From Candidatus Uhrbacteria bacterium RIFOXYB12_FULL_58_10 (GTDB lineage Bacteria; Patescibacteriota; Patescibacteriia; UBA9934; GWF2-40-263), in contig MGFA01000016.1 in NCBI GenBank assembly GCA_001791645.1, positions 71,548-135,298 of the forward strand: 63,751 nt of DNA, written 5' to 3'. Positions within the stretch are counted from its first letter, which is position 1; the number at the start of each line of letters is the position of its first letter. A model generated the notes under the pieces. The model was not told the DNA's origin. It was given only the letters and a program-made list of their open reading frames with translations, and searched no databases. Made by a program: the position numbers and the translations under genes. This document shows positions 18,327-30,402 of this stretch, in pieces.

Positions 18327-20944
18327 AATGCCTCGGCCTTTTCAATTTCAATCTGTCCGTCCGGATGCAACACGACCGTATCCCGACGGTCGACCCGTCC
18401 TTCGAGCAATGCCGTGGCGATGGCATTGTCCACTTCTTCCTGGATGATACGCCGGAGCGGTCGTGCTCCGAACTTCGGATCGTATCCCTTCTTCGCCAAG
18501 GCTTGCACGGCCTCATCCGTAGCGCGAAACTTTATGCCCTTGGTCTCGAGCCGTTCCGCGACCTGCGCAACCATGAGGTACGCGATCTGTTGCACTTCGT
18601 CCTCGGTGAGCGGACGGAATACGATCACCCCGTCAAAACGATTTAGTAGTTCAGGCCGGTAAATGCCGCGAAGTTCTTCCTCAAGCAAATGCGTCTTCAT
18701 CTGGTCGGTTGGAACGCCAGCTTTTGTCGCATCCTGAATATAGGCGGTTCCGGCATTCGACGTCACGATGATAATGGCGTTCGTAAAATCAACCGTGCGC
18801 CCGGAAGAATCCGTAAGTCGTCCCTCGTCGAATACCTGCAAAAACAGGTTGAGAATGTTCGGATGCGCCTTTTCGAATTCATCGAGAAGAATGAGCGCGA
18901 ACGGGTTACGACGAATCGCCTCGGTGAGCAGCCCAGCCTCGCCGCCTGGCGCGCCAATGAGCCGGTAGACGCTCGCCTGGTCCTGATATTCGCTCATGTC
19001 AAAACGAAGCATCGCGTTTTCACCGCCAAAATACGACGCCGCGACCGCCTTGGCGAGCGCAGTTTTCCCAACCCCGGACGGACCAAGGAACAAAAACGTG
19101 GCAATGGGACGATTTTCCGCGCGCAGTTCGGCACGCGCGCGCCGCAATGCCGAGGAAACGGCCTTTACGGCCTCATCCTGGCCAATGACGCGCCCGTGAA
19201 TTCTCTCCTCAAGTGCCAGCAGCTTTTGCCTTTCGTCGGTCGTGACCTGCGTCATCGGGATTCCGGTTTTGTCCATGAGCACGCGTTCAACGTCCTCTCC
19301 GCCCACCAGCGCGTTCGCGCCGCGGGCCTTCGAGGCCACGAGCGCCGCCTCCCGACAAATCTCAATTGCCTTTTTCGGCAAGTACGACGCATGGATGTAT
19401 CGATCGGAAAGGGTCACGGAACGCTCCACCGCGTCATACGTGAAGATGACATTTTGTTCATATTCGATCCCGCCTACTTTGGATTCGACCACATGGATAG
19501 CCGTGGCGATGTCCGGCTCCGGCACGTTCACCCGCTCAAGTACGCGAGAGAGGATTGAATGTTCCACGACATTCACGTATGCCTCCGGAGTCGTCGTCGC
19601 AATGACGAAGGTGATACGACGCGAAAGAACGTCGGTGAGAATCTGCGCAAGATCCTCGGTCATTTGCTCGATGTTTTGAATGACCAATACCACGTTGCGC
19701 GCCTTGGCGACATCCGAAAGGGCCGCGAGCAGCCGCGCCTGTGCCTCGGATGGGTTCACCCCGCCCATGAGCGCCGGAAGCACGATGCTGACCAACCGTT
19801 TGTCCTCAAGCACCTTTGGAACGCTTTCGCGAACCATCTGCTCGGCGATTCCAGAAACGATGGCCGTTTTCCCTGCCCCTTCGGGCCCGACGAGGACAAT
19901 GCTTTTCCCGCCCGCCTCAATCACGCGGAACAGCTCCTCCATTTCGCGCTCGCGACCAATCAAAGGGGGCAACCGTCCGGCAACCGCTGCCGTTGTCAAA
20001 TCCTCGCCCACCGCGTCGAGCGACGGAGTTTGCACCGCAGTCATGGCCCGGTTCATCGGTCCGGTCGGCTTGAACGCGGCCGCGCGCCTGAACAAATCGT
20101 ATCGCTCGCGCAACGTGTCAGAAATACGAATCCACTCCACGACGTTCGCGATGCGAGCCTCATCCACCTTCAGATCGTAAAAAAGCTCCCGGATGAACGC
20201 ATCCTGTTGATAGGCCTCATAAAAAACCTCGATGACGGAAACGGCCGATCGATGCCGGGCATAGGCGTTTACGAACGACGCAAGAAGAACCTGCTCCGAT
20301 TCCGGCGAAACGGAAGGAACATCTCCGACCGGCAACGTGAGCAACCGGCGATTTAACGGTTCGCGCACATCGTCAAACCGAATGCCAAGCCGCCCAAAAA
20401 CGACCGGGACATCGCCATGGGAAAGAGAGGTGATGAACAGATGCAAGGGATGCACCGCGGAGTGCCCGAACCGCGCGGCGAGCGCGTAGGCCTCTTCTAC
20501 CGCGCGTATGGCCTCACCCTGGTACAGGTCCCCAACATTCGAACGTTCGCCCTCGGGTACCGGCGCCACGATTTCTGGAAGTTCGGCGCCTCGCGCACGC
20601 TCCGGGATCCGATAACGCCGCCGAGCGACCTCGCACATGCGCTCGAACACGAACGCCCCAAACAGCAGCATGAGCGAAAACGAAAGCCCGACCGCGCTTG
20701 GGCGCCACATGGCAGACCAAATCGTTGCCGCCTGCGACAGATAGGCGCTCCAGCCGAACCAGAGCAGACAAATGGCAGCAAGGACCAGCGCGGCCCCGTT
20801 CACTGAATCGCGTGCGACTCGACGTAACTGTTTACGGGCAAGGGATTGTTCATCCAGGGCCTCGGACCAAACATAAATCTTCCCGCCAACGGAAATGCCG
20901 TAGCCGGGAGTCGATGTGACGGATGGTGTGGGAGGAGTGGCCAT
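18323..20944 (-). CDS. Clp/Hsp100-family AAA+ ATPase with an N-terminal membrane anchor
   Basis: Two N-terminal TM segments, a Clp_N-like repeat, D1 Walker A GPEGAGKT, D2 Walker A GPSGVGKT and Walker B LILLDEFEKAH. The D1 Walker B position reads VLVIQNIEQ. Confidence 0.88.
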   Translation of the reverse strand: MATPPTPSVTSTPGYGISVGGKIYVWSEALDEQSLARKQLRRVARDSVNGAALVLAAICLLWFGWSAYLSQAATIWSAMWRPSAVGLSFSLMLLFGAFVFERMCEVARRRYRIPERARGAELPEIVAPVPEGERSNVGDLYQGEAIRAVEEAYALAARFGHSAVHPLHLFITSLSHGDVPVVFGRLGIRFDDVREPLNRRLLTLPVGDVPSVSPESEQVLLASFVNAYARHRSAVSVIEVFYEAYQQDAFIRELFYDLKVDEARIANVVEWIRISDTLRERYDLFRRAAAFKPTGPMNRAMTAVQTPSLDAVGEDLTTAAVAGRLPPLIGREREMEELFRVIEAGGKSIVLVGPEGAGKTAIVSGIAEQMVRESVPKVLEDKRLVSIVLPALMGGVNPSEAQARLLAALSDVAKARNVVLVIQNIEQMTEDLAQILTDVLSRRITFVIATTTPEAYVNVVEHSILSRVLERVNVPEPDIATAIHVVESKVGGIEYEQNVIFTYDAVERSVTLSDRYIHASYLPKKAIEICREAALVASKARGANALVGGEDVERVLMDKTGIPMTQVTTDERQKLLALEERIHGRVIGQDEAVKAVSSALRRARAELRAENRPIATFLFLGPSGVGKTALAKAVAASYFGGENAMLRFDMSEYQDQASVYRLIGAPGGEAGLLTEAIRRNPFALILLDEFEKAHPNILNLFLQVFDEGRLTDSSGRTVDFTNAIIIVTSNAGTAYIQDATKAGVPTDQMKTHLLEEELRGIYRPELLNRFDGVIVFRPLTEDEVQQIAYLMVAQVAERLETKGIKFRATDEAVQALAKKGYDPKFGARPLRRIIQEEVDNAIATALLEGRVDRRDTVVLHPDGQIEIEKAEAL

Positions 20945-20950
20945 GCGACG

Positions 20951-21310
20951 TTAAAAAAACAATAAGCCGGTTCCGTGATACAACGCCCCAATCACGGCAA
21001 GCGGCAAGGAAACCAGGTACGCCGCAAACGCGCCAAGCGCCAGCACGGTCCAAAATGCCACGGCGACTCCGCGCACGAAGATCATCGCGATACGCACGCC
21101 AAAGCTGATGATCTTTCCGCTCCATTCGGTCTCGCCGTACATGGGAACGAACAAGTTGCGAACCCACACCCCAAGCGCGAACATTTCCGATGCCTCGCGA
21201 ATCGTGCGGCGGACCCAATCGGACATAATCGAAAGGCCGCGGGTATACCACCATACCGGCAACGCCAAAAACCCGCCGACGAGTTCGGTAAGGATGAGGC
21301 GCATGATCAT
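20951..21310 (-). CDS. small membrane protein
   Basis: ATG at 21310 (MIMRLILTELVGGFLALPVWW...). Hydrophobic, and lies 6 nt upstream of the Clp ATPase gene. Confidence 0.5.
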   Translation of the reverse strand: MIMRLILTELVGGFLALPVWWYTRGLSIMSDWVRRTIREASEMFALGVWVRNLFVPMYGETEWSGKIISFGVRIAMIFVRGVAVAFWTVLALGAFAAYLVSLPLAVIGALYHGTGLLFF

Positions 21311-21421
21311 ATGGCAATATTGTAACACAGGCGTGTCCACAAGGCATCCTTGACTTCGTCCTTGATCCCAAGTAAACTCCCCGTTCGTGAACGGATCCAC
21401 CGTTTACCCGTCCGAGGACCC

Positions 21422-21976
21422 ATGCATCCCGACCCCTTTCTTCCCCTCCCTCGATTTCTCGAGGACGTTCTCCCCAAACTGACCGGCAATGCGTCATCCC
21501 TGGCGCACCTGGTCGCAAGCTACAGGCCCATCGGAATCGCCCGAGTCACGGATAGCGAGGAGATTCGCGCGACAAGCAACCTCACCACGATCGCGCTGTC
21601 AGGAATCAACCCCGTGCTCGCTGCCCGAGATCTTCCCGATCTCCTGCGAACCTGGGTCGAACCGGACGTGTCGCTAATCGCGACCCTGTACGCCGGGCCG
21701 CGCGCATTCATGGAGATGCTGGCGCTCATGAACGCCGTTCAACTAGAACGCCCTGACGCGCAGTTCGTCATCCTGACGTGCGGGTGCGTCGACCATGCCG
21801 AAAGGCAATCGCTGCTACGTGGAATCGAACGCGGAACCATCACGAACCTCGTTCGAACCACCTGTGGCGGATCCGTGGAAATCGCCGCGATTCTCGACGC
21901 GGTCATCGAGGATCGCCAGCGGATGCGTCATCGCGCTGCCAAGGCACCGGCCGAATCCTCTCACCTCTGCGTCTGA
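21422..21976 (+). CDS. hypothetical protein
   Basis: The ORF opens at a TTG at 21350. The first ATG, at 21422, is preceded by GAGGA. No recognisable motif. Its stop lies 1 nt from the tgt stop (convergent genes). Confidence 0.45.
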   Translation: MHPDPFLPLPRFLEDVLPKLTGNASSLAHLVASYRPIGIARVTDSEEIRATSNLTTIALSGINPVLAARDLPDLLRTWVEPDVSLIATLYAGPRAFMEMLALMNAVQLERPDAQFVILTCGCVDHAERQSLLRGIERGTITNLVRTTCGGSVEIAAILDAVIEDRQRMRHRAAKAPAESSHLCV

Positions 21977-21977
21977 C

Positions 21978-24249
<2,272 letters not shown>

Positions 24250-24296
24250 AAATAATCGAGAGTTGAGTCAATTTATGAGGGCGGAAGACGGGGCTC

Positions 24297-24545
24297 CTAG
24301 TGCCCGCCGTCCTTCGCGAACACGGACATGGTCAGCGAAATCATCATGCCGAGAAATGCAGCCGCGACAATGGCCGAAAACAGATGCCACGACGCGATGC
24401 CATAGAGCGTCTGAACCGTCTCCGAACAGTTCGTCGGAGGCGGAATCACCCCCTCGGTCGTCTTCACGCACCCTTCGTCGTACTCAAAGTACGCGACGAA
24501 CTGTTCGTCAAGCGACCGCGCGGCATGCGTCTGCGTCTTGGCCAT
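24297..24545 (-). CDS. small protein with a C-terminal TM helix
   Basis: 82 aa, packed 3 nt after the dnaK stop and 47 nt before the dnaJ start. C-terminal WHLFSAIVAAAFLGMMISLTMSVF. Confidence 0.45.
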   Translation of the reverse strand: MAKTQTHAARSLDEQFVAYFEYDEGCVKTTEGVIPPPTNCSETVQTLYGIASWHLFSAIVAAAFLGMMISLTMSVFAKDGGH

Positions 24546-24548
24546 ACG

Positions 24549-26438
24549 TTATTTTTCCTCGGCCTTCGTGTCGATCGGCTCTTCCGAATCCTTCGACTCC
24601 TTTGATTCCTCTGATTCCTTTGATTCCTGCGTTCCCTGTTGTCCCTGATACATTTTCGCGCCTACCTTCTGCGCCACGGTCGAAAGCTCGTCCGCGGCCT
24701 TCTTGATGGCCTCATGATCGTCGCCATCCTTCACGGCCTTGAGCGCGACAATCTTTTCCTCGATTTCCTTCTTTTCCTCCTCAGTCGCCTTGTCGCCCGC
24801 GTCCTTCAGCATCTTCTCGGCCGTGTAAATCATCGTGTCGGCCAGGTTACGGTGCTCGATCATCTCTTTCTTTTTCTTGTCTTCCTCGGCATGGAGCTCG
24901 GCGTCCTTCTTCATGCGTTCGACCTCTTCCTTGGAGAGCCCGGTCGAAGCGGTGATCGTAATTTGCTGGCTCTTGCCCGTGCCCTTGTCGGTCGCGGACA
25001 CGTTCAAAATACCATTCGCGTCGATATCAAACTTTACTTCCACCTGCGGGACGCCACGCGGGGCCATCGGGATACCCGAAAGCGTAAAACGTCCAAGCGT
25101 CTTGTTGTCGCCGGCCATCTCGCGCTCACCCTGAAGCACGTGGATCTCCACCGTGTTCTGATTGTCGGCCGCGGTCGAAAAGATTTGTGACTTCGACGTT
25201 GGGATGGTGGTGTTGCGCTCAATGAGCTTCGTGGAAACGCCGCCCATGGTCTCGATGCCGAGTGACAACGGGGTCACGTCAAGCAACAGCACGTCCTTGA
25301 CCTCGCCTTGGAGCACGCCTCCTTGCACGGCCGCGCCGATGGCAACGACCTCGTCGGGATTCACGGTGATATTCGGCTTCTTCCCGAAAAACTCCTCGAC
25401 CATCTTCTGGACGAGCGGCATGCGGGTCATTCCGCCGACCATGACAATTTCATTGATGGCCGCCTTGTCCATCTTGGCGTCTTCAAGCGCCTTGCGTACC
25501 GGAATCAGCGTCTTTTCGACGAGATCGCGCACAATTTCCTCAAGCTTGGCACGCGAAAGCGTCAATGCAAGGTGCTTTGGGCCGTTGGCGTCCGAGGTAA
25601 TGAACGGCTGGTTGACTTCCGTGGTCTGCGCGGTAGACAACTCGATCTTGGCGCGTTCGGCCGCATCCTTGATGCGCTGGAGCGCGAGCGGATCCTTGCC
25701 AAGGTCGATCCCTTCCGCCTTGCGAAACTCATCCACGATCCAATCGATGACGCGGCGATCAAAGTCGTCGCCGCCGAGGTGCGTGTCGCCGTTGGTCGCC
25801 TTCACTTCCACGGTATCGGCCGACACGTCGAGCACGGACACGTCGAAGGTGCCGCCGCCAAGGTCGTACACCATCACCTGCTCGCCCTTCTTCTTGTCGA
25901 AGCCGTAGGCGAGCGCGGCCGCGGTCGGCTCGTTGATAATGCGCAGTACCTCAAGGCCCGCGATTTCACCGGCGACCTTGGTGGCATTGCGCTGCGCGTC
26001 GTCAAAGTATGCCGGGACGGTAATCACGGCCTGCGTGATCTTTTCGCCAAGCTTTTCTTCCGCGTCGGCCTTGAGCTTGCCGAGTACCATCGCGGAAATT
26101 TCCTCCGGCGAGTATTCCTTTTCGCCCATGGTCACGGCAATCCCGTCGCCACGCTTCACGATTTTGTACGGCATCATCTTGATGTCGCGCTGGACGTCGG
26201 CATCGTCAAAACGACGACCAATCAGTCGCTTGATCGAAAACAGCGTGTGCTCCGCGTTGGTCACGGCCTGGCGCTTTGCCGGCGTGCCCACGAGTCGTTC
26301 GCCGCTCTTTGTCGTTGCGACAATGGACGGCGTGGTGCGCGCCCCTTCCCGATTTTCCAACACCTTTGGCTGGCCTCCCTCGATAATGGCCATGCATGAG
26401 TTCGTCGTTCCAAGGTCGATTCCAAGAATTTTTGGCAT
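24549..26438 (-). CDS. dnaK: molecular chaperone DnaK (Hsp70)
   Basis: [17 protein letters not shown] and VGGMTRMP motifs; 629 aa. Confidence 0.98.
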   Translation of the reverse strand: MPKILGIDLGTTNSCMAIIEGGQPKVLENREGARTTPSIVATTKSGERLVGTPAKRQAVTNAEHTLFSIKRLIGRRFDDADVQRDIKMMPYKIVKRGDGIAVTMGEKEYSPEEISAMVLGKLKADAEEKLGEKITQAVITVPAYFDDAQRNATKVAGEIAGLEVLRIINEPTAAALAYGFDKKKGEQVMVYDLGGGTFDVSVLDVSADTVEVKATNGDTHLGGDDFDRRVIDWIVDEFRKAEGIDLGKDPLALQRIKDAAERAKIELSTAQTTEVNQPFITSDANGPKHLALTLSRAKLEEIVRDLVEKTLIPVRKALEDAKMDKAAINEIVMVGGMTRMPLVQKMVEEFFGKKPNITVNPDEVVAIGAAVQGGVLQGEVKDVLLLDVTPLSLGIETMGGVSTKLIERNTTIPTSKSQIFSTAADNQNTVEIHVLQGEREMAGDNKTLGRFTLSGIPMAPRGVPQVEVKFDIDANGILNVSATDKGTGKSQQITITASTGLSKEEVERMKKDAELHAEEDKKKKEMIEHRNLADTMIYTAEKMLKDAGDKATEEEKKEIEEKIVALKAVKDGDDHEAIKKAADELSTVAQKVGAKMYQGQQGTQESKESEESKESKDSEEPIDTKAEEK

Positions 26439-26484
26439 AGGGGGATGATAAGTGACAAAGTTGTAAAGTGGTGGAGTGGCGGAG

Positions 26485-26952
26485 TTACTGAGTGCGGGTG
26501 ATTACTTTTGCTGGGCGAACGACGCGATCGGCGATTTTCCAGCCGCGGGCGACGATTTCGAGGATAGTCCCGGGCGTTGACGTGGCGTCCTCGCGTTCAC
26601 CGACCGCGTCGTGGAGATTCGCGTCGAACGGGTCGCCGACGCTTCCGTAGGGCTCGGCGCCCATGCCTTTGATGGCCTCCTCGAGCTGCGTTTGGATGAA
26701 GAGAATGCCGGTGAGCCAATTGCGCAGCTTTTCATCGATCTCCTCCGGAACAAACCGCGTGGCAACGTCGAAGTTATCGAGCACCGGGATGATGCGCATG
26801 ACCGCGTCCGCGATGGCATTGGCGCGCATGTCGCCGCGCTCGCGTGAAAGATCTTTTTTTAAATTGTCATAATCGGCCAGCGCGCGCTTCCATCCGGCCA
26901 AATATTCGGCGGTGTTGTCTTTTATAATTTCTTCGTCACTCATATTACTCAT
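26485..26952 (-). CDS. grpE: nucleotide exchange factor GrpE
   Basis: [11 protein letters not shown] and a C-terminal beta-domain pattern. The ORF opens at a TTG at 26955; ATGs lie at 26952 and 26943. Confidence 0.88.
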   Translation of the reverse strand: MSNMSDEEIIKDNTAEYLAGWKRALADYDNLKKDLSRERGDMRANAIADAVMRIIPVLDNFDVATRFVPEEIDEKLRNWLTGILFIQTQLEEAIKGMGAEPYGSVGDPFDANLHDAVGEREDATSTPGTILEIVARGWKIADRVVRPAKVITRTQ

Positions 26953-27643
26953 CAAGAATGTCGCGAATGTCTTCCATCAAACCGATATTGCGCTCGTAAT
27001 CCATGCGCATGGGACCAAGGATGCCCAGGATGCCAATGCGTCCGTTTGGAAGCCGACACTTAATCATCACGGCCGACATGTCCTTTCCGAATGGATTTTC
27101 GCTTCCGATGAGCACCTGCGGTTCCGCGGCCACGCGGTCGAACACTTCGCCCACGACGTCATCGAACCGGTCGAGAAAACGGGAGAGCTCACGCACCACG
27201 GACAATTCGCCAAAGTCCGGCTTATCGAACAGGTTGGCGACCCCGCAGTAGTAGCTGCGTCGCGGATCAATGGCCACCAGCGCCATTTCGCCGGAGAGAT
27301 CTACCAGGGTACGCGCGAGCGACCGCACGCCATCGTCGTTGTCATCCATGTCACGAACCGCGTCGCGCACGCGTTTCTGCGGTTCCGCGTCCTCGCGTCG
27401 GGCCTCCACGAAATGTTGAAGATAATACACGTATGCCTTTTCGGTGGGTACGCGCCCGGCCGAGGTGTGCGGCTGCGCGATGTATCCCGCGTCCTCGAGC
27501 GCGACCATGTCGTTGCGAATGGTCGCGGGCGACACCTGTCCGTATGCCTCGGCGACCAATCTCGAACCAACCGGCTCCGCGTGCCGGATGAATTCATCGA
27601 CGATGCATTTGAGGATAGCCTCCTGCCGCGGCTCAAGTGGCAT
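26945..27643 (-). CDS. hrcA: heat-inducible transcription repressor HrcA (short, 232 aa)
   Basis: N-terminal wHTH (RQEAILKCIVDEFIRHAEPVGSRLV...SPATIRNDMVALEDAGYIAQPHTSAGRVPT) and C-terminal GILGPMRMDYERNIGLMEDI. A CIRCE operator lies immediately upstream. Confidence 0.85.
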   Translation of the reverse strand: MPLEPRQEAILKCIVDEFIRHAEPVGSRLVAEAYGQVSPATIRNDMVALEDAGYIAQPHTSAGRVPTEKAYVYYLQHFVEARREDAEPQKRVRDAVRDMDDNDDGVRSLARTLVDLSGEMALVAIDPRRSYYCGVANLFDKPDFGELSVVRELSRFLDRFDDVVGEVFDRVAAEPQVLIGSENPFGKDMSAVMIKCRLPNGRIGILGILGPMRMDYERNIGLMEDIRDILDE

Positions 27644-27653
27644 AGCAAAAAAA

Positions 27654-27680
27654 TTAGCACTCGTATTGTACGAGTGCTAA
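27654..27680 (-). promoter_or_regulatory. CIRCE operator (HrcA binding site)
   Basis: Perfect TTAGCACTC-N9-GAGTGCTAA inverted repeat, 10 nt upstream of the hrcA ATG. Confidence 0.92.
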
Positions 27681-27693
27681 CCCATGCTGTCAA
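27665..27693 (-). promoter_or_regulatory. sigma70-like promoter overlapping CIRCE
   Basis: Minus strand: TTGACA (27693-27688), a 17-nt spacer, then TACAAT (27670-27665). The -10 element lies in the CIRCE spacer. Confidence 0.6.
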
Positions 27694-27712
27694 GGCAACG
27701 TTTCCTGGGTTT

Positions 27713-29449
27713 TTATGAGTTGTCTGCCAACGCCATGGCTTTCCGTCGAGCCGCTTCCACTGCTTTCACGTCCGCTTGCGCGCGCGACATGTCCGCGAGG
27801 CGCTTCAACTGCACCACGCGCGCGCGGGCATTCTCCACGCGTTTCCGCCACACCGGGGATTCCGGATCGTTTTTCCGCGCCGCTCGTTCTGTTTCAAATC
27901 GCTGCTGCCGTGCCTGCGCAAGCGTCAGTTCGCTTTGCATGGCCTCTATCCGACCCAGGATGGCACGCTCCTCCGCAAGAAACGGCTGGACGTCGCGTTT
28001 CAACCCTTCCACGCCATCTGGATACTGCCGAGCATACCTTCCAATAATCTTGACATATGCGGCGCGCGACTTGACATCGTTGCCAGTCGCTTCGATCATT
28101 CCCAAATCTTGCAACTCTGGATGGGCGGCACGAAATGCCTCGAGTTCGCGGACAAGGTCATCGATGGTCCCTTGCGCGTACGCAACGTCATCCTCGAATC
28201 CAGCCTCAACGAGCCGTCGCCACGGACGGATTTCCAAACGAGGAACTTCCAAACCGACCACGGTAATGTCATCGGGCTTTGCACGCAAATCACTCTTCCC
28301 AACTTCGAGGACTTCGCCCGATTCCGAAAGATAGTCGCCCTTGCTATTCGCCTCAGCCGCATCGGAAACCAACATGCGCGCGGACTGTTCAGGCGTTGCC
28401 CCGCGGGCAAGGGCATCCCGAATTTGCGACTGCTTCAACGCATCGATCCCATCCGATGTAATAAACAACCTGTCTCCAGGATCTAACCTGATTATCGCCG
28501 AATGAACTCGAAGTTCGACGCCCGGCGCGTTTCCAACATACTGAGTAACAACGGACCGTTCGGGTCTCGCTCCACTGTAGTAGTTATTGAATAGTTTCAA
28601 CAGCTGCCTTAGCTTCGTCCGCATCGAATCTGGCACAAGATCCCACCGCTCGAAATTCTCGGAAGTGTCGGTTACCAGTTCAGCCGCATTTCGAGGAACC
28701 ATTCCTAATTCGGCCTGATATTCCAGGAAGCTTTTCACGAATTCCGCCTGGCTCCCGCTTTCATAGATCAGATATGCTTCATCCTCGGAAAGCTCGCCGT
28801 TGCGAATCCGTTCCGCGAACGCGCTATCCTCCTCGATGTCAATGCATTCCAACCGTCCATCCACACGCAGCACCATGGCCTGGCAATCACCGATGCTCTT
28901 CACGATCGCATACGTTTCGCTTGGAGCCGTCTCAAACACCTTTGCCGTCATGAGGGTTGTGGCAGCACGATATTTCCTAGCGTCATCCAGAGATACAGCA
29001 TCCTTGACACGGTCGGCAATGGAACGGAAATGTGCGTCCATGACCGAGGAAGCCTGCTCGAGAGTGAGATATGGGACACCGGTTTCCTCGCGTGCGTCCT
29101 GAATCATTTCGTCGAGCGTTTCGGAAAGGTCTTCCGTTGCCTGGCGCGCAGCATCGCTTGCGTGCTCCCCTCCCGTCGAAGCGGTCACGCCGTCCGCGAC
29201 CATCAGCAGCTGTCGCTTCGCATCCACGACGAACGCGTCCTGGTTCACATCCGGATGCCTGGGTGATGCCTCGGTCGCGGAACCGACCGGATATGGCGGG
29301 AGTTCCTTAGCCTCGACGCGGCGTTCCTTCTTCTCTTTTACGCCCCGATCCATTGCCGGATCACCTGAAAAAAACGTCGGCGACGCCCCAAAAATCTTTC
29401 TCCAAAAGCTTTGTGCCATATGACACCAGGATACCGGAATTACGCACAT
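27713..29449 (-). CDS. PP2C-family (PPM) serine/threonine phosphatase with a large insertion and a C-terminal coiled-coil extension
   Basis: NQDAF, MVADGVTAS, FITSDGIDAL and PDDITVVGL correspond to the PPM metal-binding motifs, followed by a C-terminal ~170-aa Arg/Ala/Glu-rich helical tail. Alternative ATGs lie at 29419 and 29353; the latter has AGGTGA upstream. Confidence 0.75.
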   Translation of the reverse strand: MCVIPVSWCHMAQSFWRKIFGASPTFFSGDPAMDRGVKEKKERRVEAKELPPYPVGSATEASPRHPDVNQDAFVVDAKRQLLMVADGVTASTGGEHASDAARQATEDLSETLDEMIQDAREETGVPYLTLEQASSVMDAHFRSIADRVKDAVSLDDARKYRAATTLMTAKVFETAPSETYAIVKSIGDCQAMVLRVDGRLECIDIEEDSAFAERIRNGELSEDEAYLIYESGSQAEFVKSFLEYQAELGMVPRNAAELVTDTSENFERWDLVPDSMRTKLRQLLKLFNNYYSGARPERSVVTQYVGNAPGVELRVHSAIIRLDPGDRLFITSDGIDALKQSQIRDALARGATPEQSARMLVSDAAEANSKGDYLSESGEVLEVGKSDLRAKPDDITVVGLEVPRLEIRPWRRLVEAGFEDDVAYAQGTIDDLVRELEAFRAAHPELQDLGMIEATGNDVKSRAAYVKIIGRYARQYPDGVEGLKRDVQPFLAEERAILGRIEAMQSELTLAQARQQRFETERAARKNDPESPVWRKRVENARARVVQLKRLADMSRAQADVKAVEAARRKAMALADNS

Positions 29450-29467
29450 GCATCAAAAAAGCGCCAG

Positions 29468-29851
29468 TTAGGGCGCGTGAAGCGGGAAGCGACGAGACCG
29501 ACCGCCAGAAAGGACGGTGACGAATCCCTCCTGGGGCATCTGACCCTCGGCTAGGCCGTTTAGCGAAGTCGAGGCGTCTCCGAGCGTGACGATGACGTCA
29601 CGCGAATCGACGTCGCGCCACTGTGTAACGCGACCGACCACCGGAATGGCACCGACGGCATGGAGCACGATCACTGCGTTCGTGAGCCACCGGAGGTCAG
29701 TCCCTCCCGGAGTCGTCCGGATCCGCATCCGCGGCGACGGCAACTGGCTTCGCAGCTCGACGGACACGATGCAATCGAATGCGCGCTCCTCGCGCGCCGC
29801 GGCCACGTCGGCCGGAAACGCCAGGGGCGGCGTTGCGCTTGAGGCGAGCAT
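29468..29851 (-). CDS. hypothetical protein
   Basis: ATG at 29851 preceded by GGAGGG 4 nt upstream. 127 aa with no recognisable motif. Locally GC-rich. Confidence 0.45.
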   Translation of the reverse strand: MLASSATPPLAFPADVAAAREERAFDCIVSVELRSQLPSPRMRIRTTPGGTDLRWLTNAVIVLHAVGAIPVVGRVTQWRDVDSRDVIVTLGDASTSLNGLAEGQMPQEGFVTVLSGGRSRRFPLHAP

Positions 29852-29929
29852 TTGACCCTCCAGGATGAGTTCCGACGCTATCAGCTTCTCGGTGATTCGT
29901 CAAGCGTGGCAGATGCAACCGCTTTTTTT

Positions 29930-30382
29930 CTACGCAGCTTTTTTAAATTGTTCCATATTTGCGCGCTGCTTTGCCATTTCCTGTTCCAAACTGCGTTTCA
30001 CGGCTGCCCACTGAGCCTTCGCGTGTTCATCGCCCGTTGCCTCCGCGCCGCGCGCTTTTGCGGCAACCGAGGCGATCTGCGTCGCGATCTGCTCCATCGT
30101 GGACCGCGCGCTTTCAATTTTGCGCTCCCGCGCTCGATCCTCGGCCGCCCGTTCCACCGCCGCGCGATCCGATTTCTCCGGTACGGCCTTCCGTTCCTGT
30201 GCCCGTTGCGTTTCTGGTCGAACGATTTCCTGATTCTGCTCCTTAGGCGCGCCTGCCTCCATGCGCCGTCCACCAACCAGCCGACGTCCTGGGGCGGCTT
30301 TCACCCAAGCCAAATCAGCTCGCTTTTGTCGGTCGGCGGCTTTCATGGCCTCTATGTCTGGCATGCGCGAGCGTTCATTCAT
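29930..30382 (-). CDS. hypothetical charged coiled-coil protein
   Basis: 150 aa, rich in K, R, E and A. Sits between the antiporter gene and the 29468 gene on the same strand. Confidence 0.45.
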   Translation of the reverse strand: MNERSRMPDIEAMKAADRQKRADLAWVKAAPGRRLVGGRRMEAGAPKEQNQEIVRPETQRAQERKAVPEKSDRAAVERAAEDRARERKIESARSTMEQIATQIASVAAKARGAEATGDEHAKAQWAAVKRSLEQEMAKQRANMEQFKKAA

Positions 30383-30402
30383 GGATTTCAGGATAGCACA
30401 TT

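Noticed and set aside
25162-26448. Plus-strand ORFs of 248, 363 and 171 aa
   Set aside because: They are antisense to dnaK and are typical shadow ORFs.
26945-27643. hrcA as a truncated pseudogene
   Set aside because: The frame is intact from a plausible ATG to the stop, and both the N-terminal DNA-binding and C-terminal conserved segments are present. I treat it as a short functional variant pending alignment.
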